The notes under the pieces: model-generated
What the model was told of the DNA's origin: nothing
Databases searched by the model: none
Seen by the model: the letters and a program-made list of their open reading frames with translations, nothing else
Origin: Candidatus Cloacimonadales bacterium
GTDB lineage: Bacteria > Cloacimonadota > Cloacimonadia > Cloacimonadales > JAIOQZ01
Length of the DNA: 64,000 nucleotides
Assembly (NCBI GenBank): GCA_963665815.1
Contig: OY762463.1
Coordinates: 1,248,001 to 1,312,000 of the forward strand
Direction of reading: 5' to 3'
Position numbers and translations under genes: made by a program
Shown here: piece by piece, positions 10,701 through 20,830 of the stretch
Layout: every line of letters starts with the position of its first letter
Numbering within the stretch: the first letter of the stretch is position 1

Positions 10701-11532
10701 ATTCTTCTCCAATACAGTTTTAAGCCCCTCGAACTCCACTGTCTATACCGGTTGATTTTTGAAAATGAGATATTTGCATAATAGCAAAATTAATCTACTT
10801 TTGGAAATAATTTCGATGAGACTTTTTTAATCCGTCATATAAGCTGAGTCTTATGAATTCTAAAACCGAATTAACAACACCAATTTTGCAAATATCTCAA
10901 TTCTTTTAACATCAAACTGCCTTCAATAGTCAATTTTTTTCTCAATATTCCTTGAAACATTATTTTCCCTTAACTCAAAAACATTTAAAAAACAGAACCA
11001 CAATAATGCATGCTTATAGAGACTCTGAACTTGTTGCAGTTTCTGAGAACAATAAGAAGAAGTTGCTATAACCGACTAATGAATACTGGTATCAAACCAT
11101 GTTCAACAAGAAGGATTTTCTCATATCACTTCAACAGAAAAGATTATTCTTATTGCTGCAGGACTACAGATCCAAAGAAAACAGTCCCAGTTACAAGATT
11201 AAGAAATCTGCTCTGACAAATAAAGAAAAAGAAACAATTTTGCATAATGGTAAAAATAATCCTCTATACAAACTGAAAATAACATTAACTGTCTTAAGCT
11301 CTAAAATATTGAGAGCTGATTTCTGGTGTAAATCTGAAAATTACATGCTTTTCAAGTTCATTATAAAAAAAAGGTGGTCTGGGTACCGAACCGACAATTA
11401 CAACATTTGTAAAAGAATACACCCCAGAATAGTACAACATATCTTATTATTTACACTCTTAATATTTTATTCTTTTGACTATTATAGAAAAATGTTTATA
11501 TTGTCATTGAATACTGTAATAGAGGAAAAATA

Positions 11533-13497
11533 ATGTTGATATATTTCTTAAGTGAAAATATTCATTTAGTCAATAGTGCGAATTCTTGGAAATCTGACAA
11601 TGCAGACGTAGTATTGGAAGCTGTACCTAATATAGGTAATCTGGTTAAAAGAGTTAAAAGCAGCAGTCCGAATATCATTGTTGTTGATGTATCAAAATCC
11701 AGGCAGTCATATGATTTGATCAGTAATTTCAGAATATTATCGGGAATACCTGTTTTCTGTGTATCCAAGAATCCGGATATCGAAATAGCTGTTAATTGTT
11801 TAAAATCAGGAGCATTGGACTATGTCGTTTACGAAAACTCCACAATTCAGCAGGTAATTGATAAAATTGCAGACACATGTGAAAAGGAATATGATAACTG
11901 TTATCTCGAAACTCACATCCAGACTGTAAGAAAACTTAGAAGAGAAAAGCAGCAGAAAAGTGTTATCCTCCAGCGTTCACCTATCATATATTTTTACTGG
12001 AATCCATTCGATAATAACAGTCTGAAGCATATTACAGAGAGTGTAAGTTTTCTTGGTTACACACAGGAAGAATTTCTGACAGGTGAAACAAAGCTTTCCG
12101 ACCTGCTTTTCCAGAAAGATATGGACAATATTATGGATCTGATTGCGCAATTTGACGGTTCAGAAGATAGCCATACATACACATTGGAAATCAGAGTAAA
12201 GAAAAAAGACGGAACTCTACATTGGGTTGAAGACAGAACGACTGTACTGAAAATGGAAGATGGAAGCATTAACTGCTATACCATACTTCTAGATATCGAA
12301 TCATATAAACAGACAGTAATTGCTTTGAAGGAAAGTGAAGAAAAATTTAAACAGGCCCATAAAATGGAAGCAATAGGAAGATTAGCTGGTGGAATTGCCC
12401 ATGATTTCAATAATCTCCTGACTACTATTCTCGGCTATTCCGATCTTGCTTTGATGACAGCCGACTCTCCCAAAGAACTAGAAAATGCCATTAATGAGAT
12501 AAAGAAATCCGGTGAAAGAGCTGCATCACTGACTCATCAGTTACTTGCATTCAGCAGAAAGCAGATAATGAAATTCCAGGATGTGGATTTAAATAAACTG
12601 ATACTTAATTTGAGTAAAATGCTTAAAAGACTAATAGGCGAAGACATTCTTTTCCAAACTAGTTTAAAAGCTAATCTTAAACCGGTTTATGCAGACAATT
12701 CTCAGTTGGAACAAGTAATCATGAACCTTGTTGTAAACGCAAGAGATGCTATGCCAAAGGGTGGTTCAATCATCATTTCTACAAAGTCTGTAAGAGTTAC
12801 GGAAAACTCCAAAACAATCAGAGATGTTGAAGTAATTCCCGGACAATACATTGAGCTGTCAGTTTCTGATGATGGATGCGGTATGCACCCAGATATGACA
12901 GTTCTGATATTCGAACCTTTTTTCACAACAAAGGAGCAAGGCAAAGGCACCGGTCTCGGACTGTCTACAGTTTACGGTATTGTGAAGCAGACAGGTGGAT
13001 ATATCTGGGTTGACAGCAATATAGGAGAAGGTACAACATTCAAAATTTTACTTCCGACAAGCAAAAACTCAAGCTCACTTGATGAGGAAAACTGCATAAA
13101 TGAAAAGCCCTCAGGAGGAAATGAAACTATTCTGGTTGTTGAAGATGAGGAAACCTTAAGAATTCTGACTGTAAAAATTCTTGAAAAAATAGGATACAAT
13201 GTATATTCAGAGAAAAGTGGTAATGATGCTTTGAAATTCATAAAGGAGACAAATGGTGACCCTAAGATTGACTTAATCATTACTGATGTTGTAATGCCGG
13301 GAATGAATGGCTTTGAACTGGCTCAACACGCTCTTAACATCCTCCCTGAATTGAAACTCATTTATTTTTCTGGATATACAGACAGTATTATTGAGGATCA
13401 CGGGATATTTCAGAGCAGCGAGAATTTCCTCGCAAAACCATTCACAACTATGGAACTTTCGACATTAGTTCGCAGTGTGTTGGATTCCCAGGATTAA
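11533..13497 (+). CDS. Hybrid sensor histidine kinase (degenerate REC-PAS-HisKA-HATPase-REC), CckA-like
   Basis: H-box AGGIAHDFNNLL, NLVVNARDAM, DDGCGM, FEPFFTTK, GTGLGLS; C-terminal receiver VVEDE...TDVVMPG...LAKPF. Confidence 0.93.
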   Translation: MLIYFLSENIHLVNSANSWKSDNADVVLEAVPNIGNLVKRVKSSSPNIIVVDVSKSRQSYDLISNFRILSGIPVFCVSKNPDIEIAVNCLKSGALDYVVYENSTIQQVIDKIADTCEKEYDNCYLETHIQTVRKLRREKQQKSVILQRSPIIYFYWNPFDNNSLKHITESVSFLGYTQEEFLTGETKLSDLLFQKDMDNIMDLIAQFDGSEDSHTYTLEIRVKKKDGTLHWVEDRTTVLKMEDGSINCYTILLDIESYKQTVIALKESEEKFKQAHKMEAIGRLAGGIAHDFNNLLTTILGYSDLALMTADSPKELENAINEIKKSGERAASLTHQLLAFSRKQIMKFQDVDLNKLILNLSKMLKRLIGEDILFQTSLKANLKPVYADNSQLEQVIMNLVVNARDAMPKGGSIIISTKSVRVTENSKTIRDVEVIPGQYIELSVSDDGCGMHPDMTVLIFEPFFTTKEQGKGTGLGLSTVYGIVKQTGGYIWVDSNIGEGTTFKILLPTSKNSSSLDEENCINEKPSGGNETILVVEDEETLRILTVKILEKIGYNVYSEKSGNDALKFIKETNGDPKIDLIITDVVMPGMNGFELAQHALNILPELKLIYFSGYTDSIIEDHGIFQSSENFLAKPFTTMELSTLVRSVLDSQD

Positions 13498-13627
13498 GTT
13501 GTCTCCAAAGCATGTATATACAATGTTCAGTTAACTGATTTACTTTAGAAAAAAAGACAAATTTTCATAGACAAATATTGATAATCCCTCATAAATTGCA
13601 AAAATAATATCCACAGGATTTAATGGG

Positions 13628-14500
13628 ATGAAATCAAACTTAGCTGAAAAGCAGACAAAACTTGACGCACTGCTTGAAAACGTTAACAGTTCTTATATTT
13701 CTACAATAAAAAGTAACATCAGTAAAATATTCAGAGTATTCAGTGATCCTGATGCTACTGCAACCGAATTAAAAGATGTCATTGAGAATGACCCACCTCT
13801 GTATGCGAAAGTTCTAAAGTATGCGAATTCCGCATATTATGGTTCACGAAGAGAAATTTCAGAGATTAAGCAGGCAATAATCTGTCTTGGATTTAACACA
13901 GTAAAGGAGCTTGCATTAACCCAGAAAGTATGTTCTATCTTTGAAAAAGATGAGAAGAATGAAAATTTTTCACTATTAGATTTATGGAAACACAGTATCT
14001 CTGTAGCGATCTGTGGACGGTTGTTGTACAGGAGAGAATTCAGAGAAAAAAGTGATCTGATCTATACCGCAGGAATACTCCACGACATCGGAATAATCAT
14101 TGAGGATCAATTCCGTCATGACTTGTTCAATACTATTATTGAAGAAGCTAACAGAACAAATGAAGACACAATAGATATTGAAAACAGAATTTTAGGATTT
14201 AATCACTCAGAAATTGGTAGAGCTATAGCAGAAGACTGGGAATTCCCCACGGAATTATGCAATGCTATTGGGGCTCACCACTATTACAGTAACGAGTCCA
14301 GTTTGTTATGTAAAGTTCTCGCAATTTCCGAGTATATATGCCAGTCTGAGGACATAGGCTTCTGTGACACACCTTATATAGATGAAGAGCTTTATAATTC
14401 ATATGTCACAGAATTAGAAATAGAAAAAGAAGCTATAGAATTAATCAAAGAAAAACTCATGCTTGAGTTAAACAGAATGGAAGAACAGGGATGGTTCTAA
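13628..14500 (+). CDS. HDOD domain signal transduction protein
   Basis: DPPLYAKVLKYANSAYYG, AIICLG, LWKHS, AGILHDIG, HSEIG, W-FP, AHH. Confidence 0.92.
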   Translation: MKSNLAEKQTKLDALLENVNSSYISTIKSNISKIFRVFSDPDATATELKDVIENDPPLYAKVLKYANSAYYGSRREISEIKQAIICLGFNTVKELALTQKVCSIFEKDEKNENFSLLDLWKHSISVAICGRLLYRREFREKSDLIYTAGILHDIGIIIEDQFRHDLFNTIIEEANRTNEDTIDIENRILGFNHSEIGRAIAEDWEFPTELCNAIGAHHYYSNESSLLCKVLAISEYICQSEDIGFCDTPYIDEELYNSYVTELEIEKEAIELIKEKLMLELNRMEEQGWF

Positions 14501-14503
14501 TTA

Positions 14504-15862
14504 ATGAATTCTGAGATTAAAAGAAAGAACAAACAGATCGAAGAGCTTAAAGAGCGAATAAAGTATCTGGAAATTGAAAACAGACATATAAAAAATGACT
14601 ATGCTCTTATGAAAGAAGATTATAGTCATGCTTCTGACAAGTACATGGAGATTCTACATGACTTTGAGAAATCAAACTCTGAGTTGCGACAGAAGAATAA
14701 TTTAATATCTGAACAGAATAAAGAGATTAAACAGAGGAATATCCAGAACAGCATTCAAAAAGAACAATTAGCAAGACAGAATAATTTCCTGCAAACTCTT
14801 TTGGACAGTATCCCTAATCCGGTATATTATAAGGATATGGATAACAGATATCTGGGCTGTAATGAAGCATTCTGTAAGTTAGTGAATCTCAGTTTTTCCG
14901 AAATTATCAGTCAGAACGAAATTGTTCAAAACTCAAACCTCTCTCATAAAGCCTTTGATGATTCTGCTCCTGACCTCCAATTAGGTAACTCCCCTAAACG
15001 ATTTGAATTTAAATTAACTTTGCAGGATGTAACAAGAAATATTGTTATCAACAAAGCTGTTTTCAAGGATATTAACAGGGAAAATGCAGGTTTAATAGCT
15101 GTAATTACAGATATAACCAAACTCAAAGAAATTGAAAACGAATTGAAAGAATCTCAGATTAAATTACAAAGAGCAATGAAGTCAAAAGACAAGTTTTTCT
15201 CAACAGTAACTCATGATCTGAAAAATCTTCTTACAATCCTATTTATGTCCTGTGATGCTATTGAAAACTCAGATCTTAATCTTAATCAGGAACAGCAGAC
15301 CAGAATTGTAAAAAAAGCAGCAAGAGGATTCAGGCAGTTCCACGAAACTCTGAATAATCTGCTTAACTGGGCAAAATCTCAAACCGGCCGTATTCCTTAT
15401 GAGCCGGAAACAATAGATCTCAAAAAAGTTACGGAAAATTGTGTATCTCTTCTGGAACCTTTTGTGAAAGAGAAATCAATCAATCTTATCACAGAAGTAG
15501 AAAATAGCTGTATAGCTTTTGCTGACAGGTCAATGCTTCATTCAGTACTTACAAACCTATTGACGAATGCTGTCAAATTTACTAACGCTGATGGAATTGT
15601 AAAGTTAGCAGCTCTTACTGAAGGTAACACTTGCATTATAACCGTTCAGGATAATGGTGTAGGTATGAGTAAAGATGACCAGGCAAGATTATTCAATATT
15701 GACGAAAACTTCACACGTAAAGGCACAAAGAATGAACCGGGAACAGGCCTCGGTCTGATTATATGTAAAGAATTTATCGAAATCAACAGGGGTTCTCTAC
15801 ATCTTAGTAGTGAACTAAATAAGGGAAGCACATTTGAAATACATTTACCTACAATAATTTAA
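14504..15862 (+). CDS. Cytoplasmic PAS sensor histidine kinase
   Basis: N-terminal coiled coil, PAS (LDSIPNPVYYKD...GCNEAF), H-box THDLKN, NLLTNAVKFT, DNGVGM, GTGLGL. Confidence 0.92.
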   Translation: MNSEIKRKNKQIEELKERIKYLEIENRHIKNDYALMKEDYSHASDKYMEILHDFEKSNSELRQKNNLISEQNKEIKQRNIQNSIQKEQLARQNNFLQTLLDSIPNPVYYKDMDNRYLGCNEAFCKLVNLSFSEIISQNEIVQNSNLSHKAFDDSAPDLQLGNSPKRFEFKLTLQDVTRNIVINKAVFKDINRENAGLIAVITDITKLKEIENELKESQIKLQRAMKSKDKFFSTVTHDLKNLLTILFMSCDAIENSDLNLNQEQQTRIVKKAARGFRQFHETLNNLLNWAKSQTGRIPYEPETIDLKKVTENCVSLLEPFVKEKSINLITEVENSCIAFADRSMLHSVLTNLLTNAVKFTNADGIVKLAALTEGNTCIITVQDNGVGMSKDDQARLFNIDENFTRKGTKNEPGTGLGLIICKEFIEINRGSLHLSSELNKGSTFEIHLPTII

Positions 15863-15871
15863 GCAGGAATA

Positions 15872-17437
15872 ATGAGTATTGAAACCAGAATCAAGAATTT
15901 ACTGTTAAATCACAGGAAAAGCTATGCATCACTGGTAACAATGTACTTCTTACTGTTTTCAGTAGTCTCCTTTTCTATCTTAAGTATTGTATGGATAATC
16001 AGTGACTTCATTTCCCTGAAAAAAGATTTATTAAGATTCAAATCAGAATATATAGAAAATCAGAAGAAGCATGTCAAATTGCAGACAAATCATGCTGTAA
16101 GAATAATAGAGAACTTTAAAAACGATTATATCAAGAAAGCCGAAAACAATACTATCCATCATGCAATGACTCTTGATAAAATCTTCAGTACTATCGCTAA
16201 AAACAGAATTTCAAAAGGAAACAGACAGTTTCAGGTTCTATCTGAAGTGGCAAATGACTATGTCTCAAAAAAACCTCTGCTAAACATATCACTTTACCAG
16301 CCTGCATCCGGGAAGATTTACTCAAATTATCAAAATCAGAATCAGTCTCAAAGAAATAATCAATATATAAAGACTGTATTGGACAGCTTTCTCACAGACA
16401 ATGAAGACAGAATGAGCAAATCAATTGAGATCCCTATTGATCAACCGAAATCAAAAGAATTATTTTATGTTCTCTATAATTCCGATACATCAACATATAT
16501 TCTGATCAGCGAAATTCTATCCCACAGAAAACAGGAAGTTCAACAGGAAGTCCTCAAAGAAATCCAGAAAATCTCTTTTGATGAAAGTGGATATATCTTC
16601 GTTAACACATATGATGGAGATGCTCTGATTACTAATGGGAAGTTGAATAATACACAAGTCAATCTATGGAATCTTGTAGATTCAGATAACAATAAAGTAA
16701 TTCAGATGGAAAGAGAAGCTGCAGCAAAACCTGACGGAGATTTCATTCAATACACATGGAAAAAGCCTGGAGGAGAGAATCCTATACCGAAGATGTCATA
16801 CATCAAAGGTATTGATGACTGGGAATGGATGCTTGGTGCAGGTTTCTATCTCGATAATGTAAATGAAGTAGTAAAGAAACAGAGAAATGCAACAATTAAA
16901 TCAATTATCAGAGAAGTGATGATTGTTCTGATAGTTCTGTTATTGTTACTCTTGCTTATATTCTATTTTTCAAGATATCTGACAAAAATGACCAAAATAA
17001 ACTTCCAGATACTGAACAATTTTTTCCAGATTGCAGCTAAAGAAGCAACTTTAATAAACGAGGACATGCTTCATTTTTCTGAATTTAAAGATTTGGCCTC
17101 TGCAGTCAACTCCATGATTATTGAGAGACAACATTACGAACAGGAAAAAGCCGAGTTTGAAAGAAAATCATCAGCCCTGGCAATGGCAGTTACTGCCAGC
17201 CACGAGATTAATCAACCCTTGATGATTCTTTCCGGTAACATAGAACTGCTTCAATTATCTTTGAGAAACGAAAACCTGACACAAAAGCAAAGACAACATC
17301 TGGAAATGATTTACAAAGCGTTAGCAAGAATCCAGTCAATTCTAAGCATGTTCAAAGAATCTAATTCAGTAAGATTTGAGAACTACAGTGATGGTACCGA
17401 CATGGCTATTCTTGACAAAAGTAAAGAACTTCTTTAG
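15872..17437 (+). CDS. Membrane sensor with Cache domain and HisKA-like tail, lacking a HATPase domain
   Basis: Two TM helices flanking a Cache region (GYIFV...GDFIQYTWKKPG...KMSY...WEWMLGAGFY); ASHEINQPL H-box about 78 aa before the stop. Confidence 0.8.
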   Translation: MSIETRIKNLLLNHRKSYASLVTMYFLLFSVVSFSILSIVWIISDFISLKKDLLRFKSEYIENQKKHVKLQTNHAVRIIENFKNDYIKKAENNTIHHAMTLDKIFSTIAKNRISKGNRQFQVLSEVANDYVSKKPLLNISLYQPASGKIYSNYQNQNQSQRNNQYIKTVLDSFLTDNEDRMSKSIEIPIDQPKSKELFYVLYNSDTSTYILISEILSHRKQEVQQEVLKEIQKISFDESGYIFVNTYDGDALITNGKLNNTQVNLWNLVDSDNNKVIQMEREAAAKPDGDFIQYTWKKPGGENPIPKMSYIKGIDDWEWMLGAGFYLDNVNEVVKKQRNATIKSIIREVMIVLIVLLLLLLLIFYFSRYLTKMTKINFQILNNFFQIAAKEATLINEDMLHFSEFKDLASAVNSMIIERQHYEQEKAEFERKSSALAMAVTASHEINQPLMILSGNIELLQLSLRNENLTQKQRQHLEMIYKALARIQSILSMFKESNSVRFENYSDGTDMAILDKSKELL

Positions 17438-17542
17438 GTTTCAAATATACAATACTTCTTCTCAGGCATTATCCTGTAATGTAAAATCCATTCGGATTAC
17501 CTGATACAACAATAAAAAACTTCATTTATAGAATAAATTATA

Positions 17543-17570
17543 TTGACAATATAAAGTATTAAATTATTAT
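17543..17570 (+). promoter_or_regulatory. Putative sigma70-type promoter of the surface-protein/motor operon
   Basis: TTGACA-16 nt-TATTAT in the AT-rich intergenic region upstream of 17698. Confidence 0.4.
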
Positions 17571-17697
17571 CTTAATATATTTTGTATAGATTTGTAATTA
17601 TTTGTCTTTAATAATATTGGCATTATATTTTTTTTGTCGTATAATATAATTAGTAATAATAAAGTGTTTCTAAAATCACATTTTCTGGGAGCAATAG

Positions 17698-20600
17698 ATG
17701 AAATATTTATCAATATTTACTTTGATTCTACTCTGTGCATCTTTTCTGAACTCTGCACCTCTCGAGATATTTGATTGTAATCCCGATACAACAGGAGTTG
17801 AAAATGTATCAACATTATCAAACATTACATTTCATATCAGGGATACAGATCCAAATGGTGGAGTAAATGAAAACTCCATAATAGTGCAAATTCAGGATGA
17901 GATTTATTCTCATACAAGTGCAAACAGCCAATACATCCACTTCATTCCTGTGAACGATCTGGAGTATTATATCGTTATTGACCCTGCAACAAACTTTGCA
18001 TATGGAGATACAGTAAGTGTATCTATTGATGCTTCAGATGTAAATGGTGTTCTGATGCCAACATTTGAATACAGCTACAGATGTATTGTCGATAACCTTC
18101 CACCATACTCTATCGCCAGTAATCCTACTGCAAGGCAACTGCAAGTACCTGTGGACACACCTATTCAGTTTCGTGTCAGAGATATGGAGATGGGGGTTGA
18201 TATTTCAACCGTAACTGCTACAGTAAGGTATCAGAATAACTCTGTTACTTATGGCAGTAATGATACTCAGAACTTTCAGTTCTCGGGAACTCTGGATAAC
18301 TTCCTCTGCCAAGTCAATATGCCGGATGCTTTTGATTTTGGTGATTCAGTTAATGTTGTAATTAATGCGGAAGACCTTGCTGGCAATCAAATGATTCCTT
18401 ATACATACTGGTTTATCTGTTTTATTGATAACGTCCCACCTTATACTGGGGAATACACTCCGGATATTAATTCAATTGACAATCCGGTAAATACAAATGT
18501 TTCATTTAATGTTTATGATCAACATTCAGGAATTGATTTAAATGAACTAAGAATTAAAATTAATGATAACTACTATACACATGTCAGTACTTCTGTAAGT
18601 GTCAATCCTTTGATTGGAGATAATGGCTATCAGGTTATTATCAATCCTATCAATAGCTTTGCCTTTAATGATCTGATTGATGTTACAATCTGGGCTAAAG
18701 ATACTCATGGCAATGAAATGGACTCTGTAGCCTATCAATTTCAGACAATAGCAGACGACACTCCACCTTATACAGGAGACTGGATTCCGGGCAATAACGC
18801 TCAAAACGTACCTTTGAGCACAAACATTCAATTCAACGTTTATGACCTTATTGCAGGCGTCAATCCGAACTCAGTTGTTGTAACAGTTAATAATGACACA
18901 ACTTATACTGTTACAAGCACAGGTGTAAGCTATGTCCAGATTCCAAACGGATATCGATTTACGATAAACCCAACAGTAAACTTTGATTATAACGAGCTTG
19001 TACAAATTGAAATTCAGGCAACGGATAATAACAATAACGTTATGATTCCTTATGATTATTCATTCAGAACAATTCCTGATTCCAATGATCCTCCTATCTT
19101 ACAGCTTCCTGACACATTCTTTGTTAATGAAGATGACAGTCTGGTTGTTGATTTCGATGTTTATACACATGACCCTGATGGGGATGCTCTTGTTATAACA
19201 GTTAACCAGACACCTGTTCATCCAAATATTAATGTCACAATTAATAATAATATGGTAACGTTCAAACCATCCTTCATGAACTGGATTGGTACTGAAAACG
19301 TTGGTTTTACAATTAATGATGGACGAGACAATACAACTGGAACTGTCAGTATTACTGTGCTTCCGGTTAATGACAGACCAGTCATAGTTCTTCCTGATGA
19401 ATTTGTGTTTAATGAAAATGATAATTATCAGATAAACTTCGCTCAATATATTCAAGATGTTGATAACAGCATTGGAGACTTTCAGTTGAACGCCAGCGGA
19501 AACTCAGATATTCATGTATCAATATCTAATACTGTTGTTACATTCTCTGCTGATCCTTACTGGTTTGGTCAGGAAGCGATCACTTTCACTGTATTTGACG
19601 ATGATACAAGGCTTAGTTCATCAGATACAGTACTTGTTAGAGTTGTAAATATTGTTGAAGAGCCTATGATTGATGGACCTTCAAGTATTACCCTTACAGA
19701 AGATACAGCTCAGACATTTGATTTTTCCTATTACATTACAAATAATGATAATATCCCTATAACCCTGACCCAGTCAAACGCTAATGAATTTACTGTAGAT
19801 GTTTCAATAAACGGATATCAGGTTACATTCACTCCGGCTGCCGATTATCAGGGAACAAGAACAATAAGATTTAACTTACTGGACAGCAACAGCAACATAC
19901 TTGATTATGATGATATTGATATTATCGTTACACCTGTTAATGATCCTGTAAGACTTAATCCTGCTTTCCAGAGCTATTTTGAGTTTACTCAAGGATCATC
20001 TCTGAATCTTGATTTCAGTAATCTTATTATGAATCCTGATGAGATTCCATATGAAATGGAACTCTCTGTTGCAGGAAACGAAAACATCATTGTTAATATC
20101 GACAGTCTTATGGTGAATATTTCTGCATCTGAAACTTGGTCTGGTCAGGAAAGGCTTACATTTACAATAGTCGGTGACGAAATAAACGGTACTGATCACT
20201 GGGAATTCGATAAAGAAATTGATATCAAAGTTATCACAACAGTTCAAATAAATCCGTCTTTCAATGATTACTTCACATTCACAGAAGGAACCACCTTCAG
20301 AACAAGTTTTGCCGGCATGGTTACAAATGCTGAGAACTATGCTCTGGAACTCACCTATACGGGAAATTCCTTTATTCAAGTTGATATTGATAGTCTGGAT
20401 GTTTCTTTCTCAGCCCCGGATAAATGGGTTGGAGAAGAGGATATCACATTCAAAATTGCAGGTACTGACCTGAACAGCAGAGCAGACTGGGAATTTGAAA
20501 AAGTAATAAGAATTACTGTTGAACCTGCAGCTGAGAATCTTGGTGAAAAAGTTGAACTACAATACAGGTCAATAACAAGAAATAATGGAAATCAATCCGA

Positions 20601-20826
20601 TATTTACATATATACAGAAGTTGACATTTCGAAGATAAAAGGTAAAATTCTTTCCAGAAGAGGAAAAGTCATTAAAGATTTGAACATTCAAACCCTTGGT
20701 GACAGAAAAGTAACAAACTGGAATACTACAGATAATGATAATAATCTTGTTGATGGTGGTTTCTATATCTACCAGTTCAAAATTGACGACAAGATTTATC
20801 AGGGTAGTATAATTGTAGTAAGGTAA
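17698..20826 (+). CDS. Large secreted surface protein: 4 Ig-like repeats + about 5 cadherin-like (tandem-95-type) repeats + C-terminal sorting domain (T9SS type B-like / FlgD-Ig)
   Basis: Signal peptide; repeats D-x-PPY...VP-x-T-x-I-x-F-x-V-x-D; repeats ...VTF-x-P...W-x-G-x-E...V-x-PVND-x-P; tail GKVIKDL...WNTTD...GFYIYQF...QGSIIVVR. Confidence 0.8.
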   Translation: MKYLSIFTLILLCASFLNSAPLEIFDCNPDTTGVENVSTLSNITFHIRDTDPNGGVNENSIIVQIQDEIYSHTSANSQYIHFIPVNDLEYYIVIDPATNFAYGDTVSVSIDASDVNGVLMPTFEYSYRCIVDNLPPYSIASNPTARQLQVPVDTPIQFRVRDMEMGVDISTVTATVRYQNNSVTYGSNDTQNFQFSGTLDNFLCQVNMPDAFDFGDSVNVVINAEDLAGNQMIPYTYWFICFIDNVPPYTGEYTPDINSIDNPVNTNVSFNVYDQHSGIDLNELRIKINDNYYTHVSTSVSVNPLIGDNGYQVIINPINSFAFNDLIDVTIWAKDTHGNEMDSVAYQFQTIADDTPPYTGDWIPGNNAQNVPLSTNIQFNVYDLIAGVNPNSVVVTVNNDTTYTVTSTGVSYVQIPNGYRFTINPTVNFDYNELVQIEIQATDNNNNVMIPYDYSFRTIPDSNDPPILQLPDTFFVNEDDSLVVDFDVYTHDPDGDALVITVNQTPVHPNINVTINNNMVTFKPSFMNWIGTENVGFTINDGRDNTTGTVSITVLPVNDRPVIVLPDEFVFNENDNYQINFAQYIQDVDNSIGDFQLNASGNSDIHVSISNTVVTFSADPYWFGQEAITFTVFDDDTRLSSSDTVLVRVVNIVEEPMIDGPSSITLTEDTAQTFDFSYYITNNDNIPITLTQSNANEFTVDVSINGYQVTFTPAADYQGTRTIRFNLLDSNSNILDYDDIDIIVTPVNDPVRLNPAFQSYFEFTQGSSLNLDFSNLIMNPDEIPYEMELSVAGNENIIVNIDSLMVNISASETWSGQERLTFTIVGDEINGTDHWEFDKEIDIKVITTVQINPSFNDYFTFTEGTTFRTSFAGMVTNAENYALELTYTGNSFIQVDIDSLDVSFSAPDKWVGEEDITFKIAGTDLNSRADWEFEKVIRITVEPAAENLGEKVELQYRSITRNNGNQSDIYIYTEVDISKIKGKILSRRGKVIKDLNIQTLGDRKVTNWNTTDNDNNLVDGGFYIYQFKIDDKIYQGSIIVVR

Positions 20827-20830
20827 GGTT

